From Dicyema japonicum (Eukaryota; Animalia; Dicyemida): DNA of 64,000 nt. Shown here in pieces: positions 59,497 to 64,000 of the stretch (the stretch's first letter is position 1; each line of letters begins with the position of its first letter). The notes below the pieces were generated by a model, which was not told the DNA's origin, ran no database searches, and saw only the letters and a list, made by a program, of their open reading frames with translations. The translations under genes were made by a program, and so were the position numbers. The stretch lies in assembly GCA_011109175.1 (NCBI GenBank), contig RDEW01000084.1, positions 1 through 64,000 of the forward strand. Reading direction: 5' to 3'.

Positions 59497-60720
59497 CAGT
59501 GCGACCTCGAATTGGGGAAACCCAAATAGCGGAAAACCCTCTTTTTTTTAGGAAAACCTTGCTTTTGGGGAAATATTTCTCAATCCCTAAAAATAAGATG
59601 ATTTTTTAAAGAAATAAACCCCCTACTGGGGAAAATTTTATATTATCATAAACGATTCATTAAAAAATATTTCTATAATTTTTGATTTGTTATTATTTTA
59701 TTTATTCTAACTTGTTTTACCAAATTTAATCATCAATAATTTTAAAATTTATTTAACCTGGCAAGTTACCTACTTAACCAATTAACCTGGTAAGGAATTG
59801 TAATTATCAATTTTTAAAGTTATTCTATAAATTTTAGAAAGCGAATACCTAGAAACTATATCAAAGTGAAAAGATCAGAATTTGCAAGAATATACAGTCA
59901 GGTCTCTATAAGGATAAATTGATTTGTGAAAGATTTAACATCTCTAAAGAAATGCTATACCGACAAAAAAAGGAAGGAATCTTAGCTCAAGGCTTCTCAA
60001 CATCCGAAGGGACAACTGGATACGAATTGAATGCCCAAGTTTACGAGATTTTTCGTAATCTCAGGTCGAAAGGTTTTTCAATCAATGGGCCAACCTTAAG
60101 CTAATTGCACGTAAAATTGCATGTAGAAATTCAAAATCAAGATTTCACTGTTTTCAATGGATAGCTTTACAGATTTAAAAAGCAATTCGAAATAAAATTC
60201 AAAATATTACATGGCGAATCACAATCAGCTGATAAAGGAGGTCCGGAAACTTCCGATCGACTTTCAATGATTTTGAGAAATAAAAAACATTTTCAATTGT
60301 GATGAAACTGCATTATTTTATAAAACCGTTTTTAAAAAAAGTTTTATTAAAAGAAATGAGTCACAAAGCGGATATAAAATAAGAAAAGAACGTATCTTTT
60401 TCTTCTGTGAGTGTCCTTTTTAGACAATCAGTTTCGCAGTGAGTATCCACTGATGACGGCGTCACTCGTCAAACCCTTTCTGCATCGTAGATGTGTGGAA
60501 CCTTCCACAGGTGAGATTCGAACCCGTAGCCAAAGCCACTTATGCCCGACACCTAACCAATATGCCACCTGCCTATGCGGAGCTATAAATACTATTATAT
60601 TATAAAAGAACGTATGACACTTTTTTGTGTTGCAGTTACACAGGAGAAAAATATAAACCGCTTATAATTGGACGTGCGAAGTCAGTTTCGCCCCAATAGC
60701 ACAAGGAATTCCATTTACCG
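59497..60720 (+). mobile_element. pogo/Tigger-like transposon (CENP-B HTH + DDE), degenerate, interrupted by SINE-A
   Basis: TA-CAGTGCGACCTC terminus. Peptides RSKGFSINGP, RFKKQF.I....HGESQSAD and FNCDETALFYK; KER/MT is rejoined when the SINE is removed. Confidence 0.85.
60396..60603. mobile_element. SINE-A copy with inverted 5' part
   Basis: Reverse-strand body+head is fused to a forward 3' piece tgcctatgcggagctataaatacta. 12-bp TSD aaaagaacgtat at 60384-60395 and 60604-60615. Confidence 0.9.
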
Positions 60721-60759
60721 ACTCAAAAGGAGATCAACGGCACACAGGAGAAAGTACGA

Positions 60760-60990
60760 GACTTGGTAACTCCCTTTCCTCAAAAATGAAGAAGAAGAAC
60801 ATTCAGGTTTTCTATGTGCATTCTTTCACCAAGACAAAAGTCATGAAACCAAAACATCCTGATTCCAATCCTCGTTTTCTTTGAATGGCCCGGACAAATT
60901 TGGAGAGATAGTAAATTGTAAACTATTTGAAGAGCGGCGTTGCGCGTCGTTGCCAGCGACGATACTGTCATGGCTGCGACGCCTGAGGCA
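60760..60990 (-). mobile_element. CRE-like fragment
   Basis: Nucleotide match to 25640-25850 (gcgttgcgcgtcgttgccagcgacgatactgtcatgg). Confidence 0.85.
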
Positions 60991-61139
60991 TGTGCCCTGT
61001 GATATTGTTTCCCTAATCTAAATTTTACAACTTTTTAATCAACAGGATCACTTAGTTAGTTTTTTCGGTTTAACAGTGGTTTTTGGAATTAATTTTTAAT
61101 TTAATAATTCTGGCATTCTATTAAAGATATTGTAGGAAC

Positions 61140-62300
61140 AACAACTTCCATTTGAGAAAACGGGGGAATTGGTAGGCCACCATTCTGAAGGTCATAGAAG
61201 GTTAGAGAATGTTCTCTTCCACGCAGAACTTTCACTGAGCGCCATCACAATAACAGGTGAACCACATGACACCACGTTGTTTCTCTCAGCTCAGATATTA
61301 ATCCTGTAAGCCGACAGAATGTTACCCCGATCGTATAACAAAACATTCAATCCGAAACTATCTTGAAGAATCCTGGCACTTAACAAGAAAAGGGATGCCT
61401 TGAAAAAAAACCGGAATGCAATCAGATGACTCTATATTCTTTATACGTTCTTTCAATTACAGAATTTTCCAACTAATTCGCGCTAAACTCAGACACAAGT
61501 GGAACCGCCTTGTTGGTCAACTATGCCACAAAAACTCGTGTGGCACCTTCTGGAAGATACTGAAAAGTATCAAAAGTCTTATAAACGAAGATGGCGGCGG
61601 AGTGGAAACCGTTACCCCTATTTGCCTCAGAACATGAACGGAAACATGCAAATAATCTTATGAAATATCATGTGTCGATCAGTCATAAGAATTTCTCTTG
61701 CTCTTTGTATGTCAAGCGATGAGGTCCATATAAGACAACTTATATTGCCTTCTTCACTCCCTATGATGTGCCTTCTTCAATCCTTATCTCCATAACTAGC
61801 CCCTTTTTCAAAAGTGTTGGATAAGTTTGCATTAATGCTAATTTCCCCTGTTCTACAATTGCCCAATTTTCAATATGGCTTCAGAGCAGGCCGTTCTACA
61901 ACGACTCATTTGGAATTTGTCTCCTAGATCATCACAGACAGGTTTAACATGAAGACGCATTTACAGACGGCTCTGGTGTTTATCCATATACCTTCGACTC
62001 TGTTTAGAGGACACTCCATAAGGCATATGCAATCGGAATTCATATCCATCCCCAGTTTTCTTTCAGAAAGGGCGACGTTGAGAAATGGCATTTTACGTAT
62101 CTGCAAGGAAACCCATTCAGAGATGCGAGGAATGCGGAGGAATTCAGATCGAAAATAAAAAAGTGCATTCCGATAGAACACTCCCGGAGTGCAGTTGGAT
62201 CGCGGGTGGAGTATTCGATAAGAATTTGAGAGATGTTGGAAGCTGGGATCATCTAATTAGTGATTTTCTTTCTTGGTGGTCTTGGGGTTTTAAAAATAAA
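61140..62300 (+). mobile_element. LINE-B copy with large internal deletions and 3' tail
   Basis: QYGFRAGRSTTTHL, DRFNMKTHLQTALV; 3' end matches 48850-49150. Confidence 0.8.
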
Positions 62301-62579
62301 AAATAAAACTTCCATTTGAGTGGGGATTTATAAAATGGACTAATAATGATTATTTTCATACCATTTTACAACACATTTGCAAAGGATCAATTCTTGTGTT
62401 TTCAGATTCCTGAACGAGATATTTGCGTTTCCTTTGAGTTCATAATTTAATGCGCAAACTGTCTGTTTTTCGTTATAGACTACTCACCAGAAGTCGAATC
62501 CACCTTTAAAAATGAAGAAATTTATTGTGTTAGAACTATGACATAGTACACCATAATTACGTCACCACCTCAACATTCA

Positions 62580-62800
62580 GATCAGTCAGTCTTCAAAGGT
62601 GAACACGAAGGGCAAGGTGACGACTGCCTGCCAGGCCTTGTATAAGTACTGAGACCCATTTGTGACCACAGGTTTACCCGAATTTCACGAGGTAAGGAAA
62701 ATTCGCGACCAAGTAACCTTTGAATCCAAGGCTTCTGATCACGTTCGTTGATACCTTGTCGTGGATATTTTGATGCAGTATTGAGTATCCTCAATTTAGA
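62580..62800 (-). mobile_element. LINE ORF2 C-terminal remnant with Cys motif
   Basis: EFSLPREIRVNL...SSPCPSCSP. Confidence 0.6.
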
Positions 62801-62959
62801 TCTATTATAAAGTAATGAAGAAATTATAGCTCTAAAATGATGTCAGATAGGATTACTTTATTTTAAAATGTCTTAATAGAATCCTATCAGTTCTATTATA
62901 ATCTCTAAAATCACATACTAAGGATCCAAGGACAATAAACAAATATTCCGTTAGTTATC

Positions 62960-64000
62960 GGTGCTGTTATGTGCGGACATCCAACGATATTGAATATATG
63001 TATGCTGTCTCCAGGAAACTAAAGTCCCAATGGCCTGGATGTAAAAATGAACGGGTATTGACTGCTCTTTTGCCATCAGACTGCTGATATTATGAGATGG
63101 GTACGCTATATGCGTGGACGCAGCTGTTGTGGCTCATAGAGCATGGAGTATCAACGACAGGATTGCCATCCTCCAATTATGCCTTGGAAACAACCGTAAT
63201 ACTACTCTATCGATTATCAATGTATATGCACCACCACAGTGAGGGTATCCGCCAACGCAGAGGAACTTGACAATTTCTACTCGTCCTTATCATCGGCTTA
63301 CTCATCCCTGTCAAGCTCCACATGCTTTATAACGGGAGACTGGAATTCAAAAGTGGGGAAAAAGCAGGACGAATCAAATTGTTCGGGCAGCCACGCTCGA
63401 GGGATCAGAAATCTGTCTGGGGAAGCACTCATACACTTCTGTGAGTCATTCGGTCTGTTTCTCTGTAACACGGCATTCCGACATGCACTCGACATATTAC
63501 GACGTGGACGAGGCAGAGGAGAGATTCCTGTAGAAATCGAGTCCATATATTTAACCAAATCGACTACATACTATGCAGGCAAACACAGAGGGGCTACTCG
63601 AACGTACAGTGGCATGATGACTTCGAGTGATCACAGACTAATAGCAGCACTTCTCATTCTAAAGCGATGCTTTGGAATCTCTGGAGCACTGGCAGTACGC
63701 GGAGCAGGACCTTGCCGTGAGGCTCTATGTGCTTACGACAATACCCGTAAAAGTACGGCGTGAAAATATCGAAACTGTTGGAAAATGTCGACAAGAATGT
63801 CACCGGGCAGCTATAAATATTTCTATCATAATCAGGCAGGCTGCTGTGATGGTAGTGGGAAATAGCCTAAGGAGGTTCAAGTGAACTCTTGACAAAGAAA
63901 TATAAGAACTGTCAAAATTCCAAAGGAAACTCTTAATCGAATCGTCAGCTTGACAAGCCAAACTGACTATCTTGAAATAGAACTTAACAGAATCAAATAC
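62960..64000 (+). mobile_element. RTE-like LINE APE endonuclease region, runs off the window
   Basis: IINVYAP...FITGDWNSKVG...GIRNLSGEALIHFCESFGLFLCNTAFRH...NQIDYILC...SDHRL. Confidence 0.9.

Overview
AT-rich eukaryotic nuclear DNA with two assembly gaps (4836-5350, 47050-47356), mostly a graveyard of transposable elements. Non-LTR retrotransposon fragments come from at least five families: CRE-like, RTE-like, R4/Dong-like and two Jockey/I-group-like. There are also Tc1/IS630, pogo, MULE and Merlin DNA transposons and a Gypsy integrase remnant. The only clearly intact host gene is a Rab11-like GTPase (53804-54557) with five ultrashort GT-AG introns of 20-27 nt; four fall at positions I recall from animal RAB11. 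This suggests a highly reduced animal parasite such as a dicyemid or myxozoan (inference, not identified). A glycine decarboxylase (GLDC) pseudogene fragment follows the first gap. Two short non-autonomous families stand out. SINE-A is a young ~320-bp tRNA-Leu-headed SINE with a string-of-hairpins body, 9 copies or fragments, including a 5'-inverted, twin-primed insertion. Family C is a ~210-260-bp element (4 clear copies, 1 diverged) with a conserved leader, an HDV-like nested-pseudoknot motif with a covarying pair, and a LINE-type 3' tail. Family C is the best candidate for an undescribed system here. All folds and alignments were done by eye, and no database searches were run.
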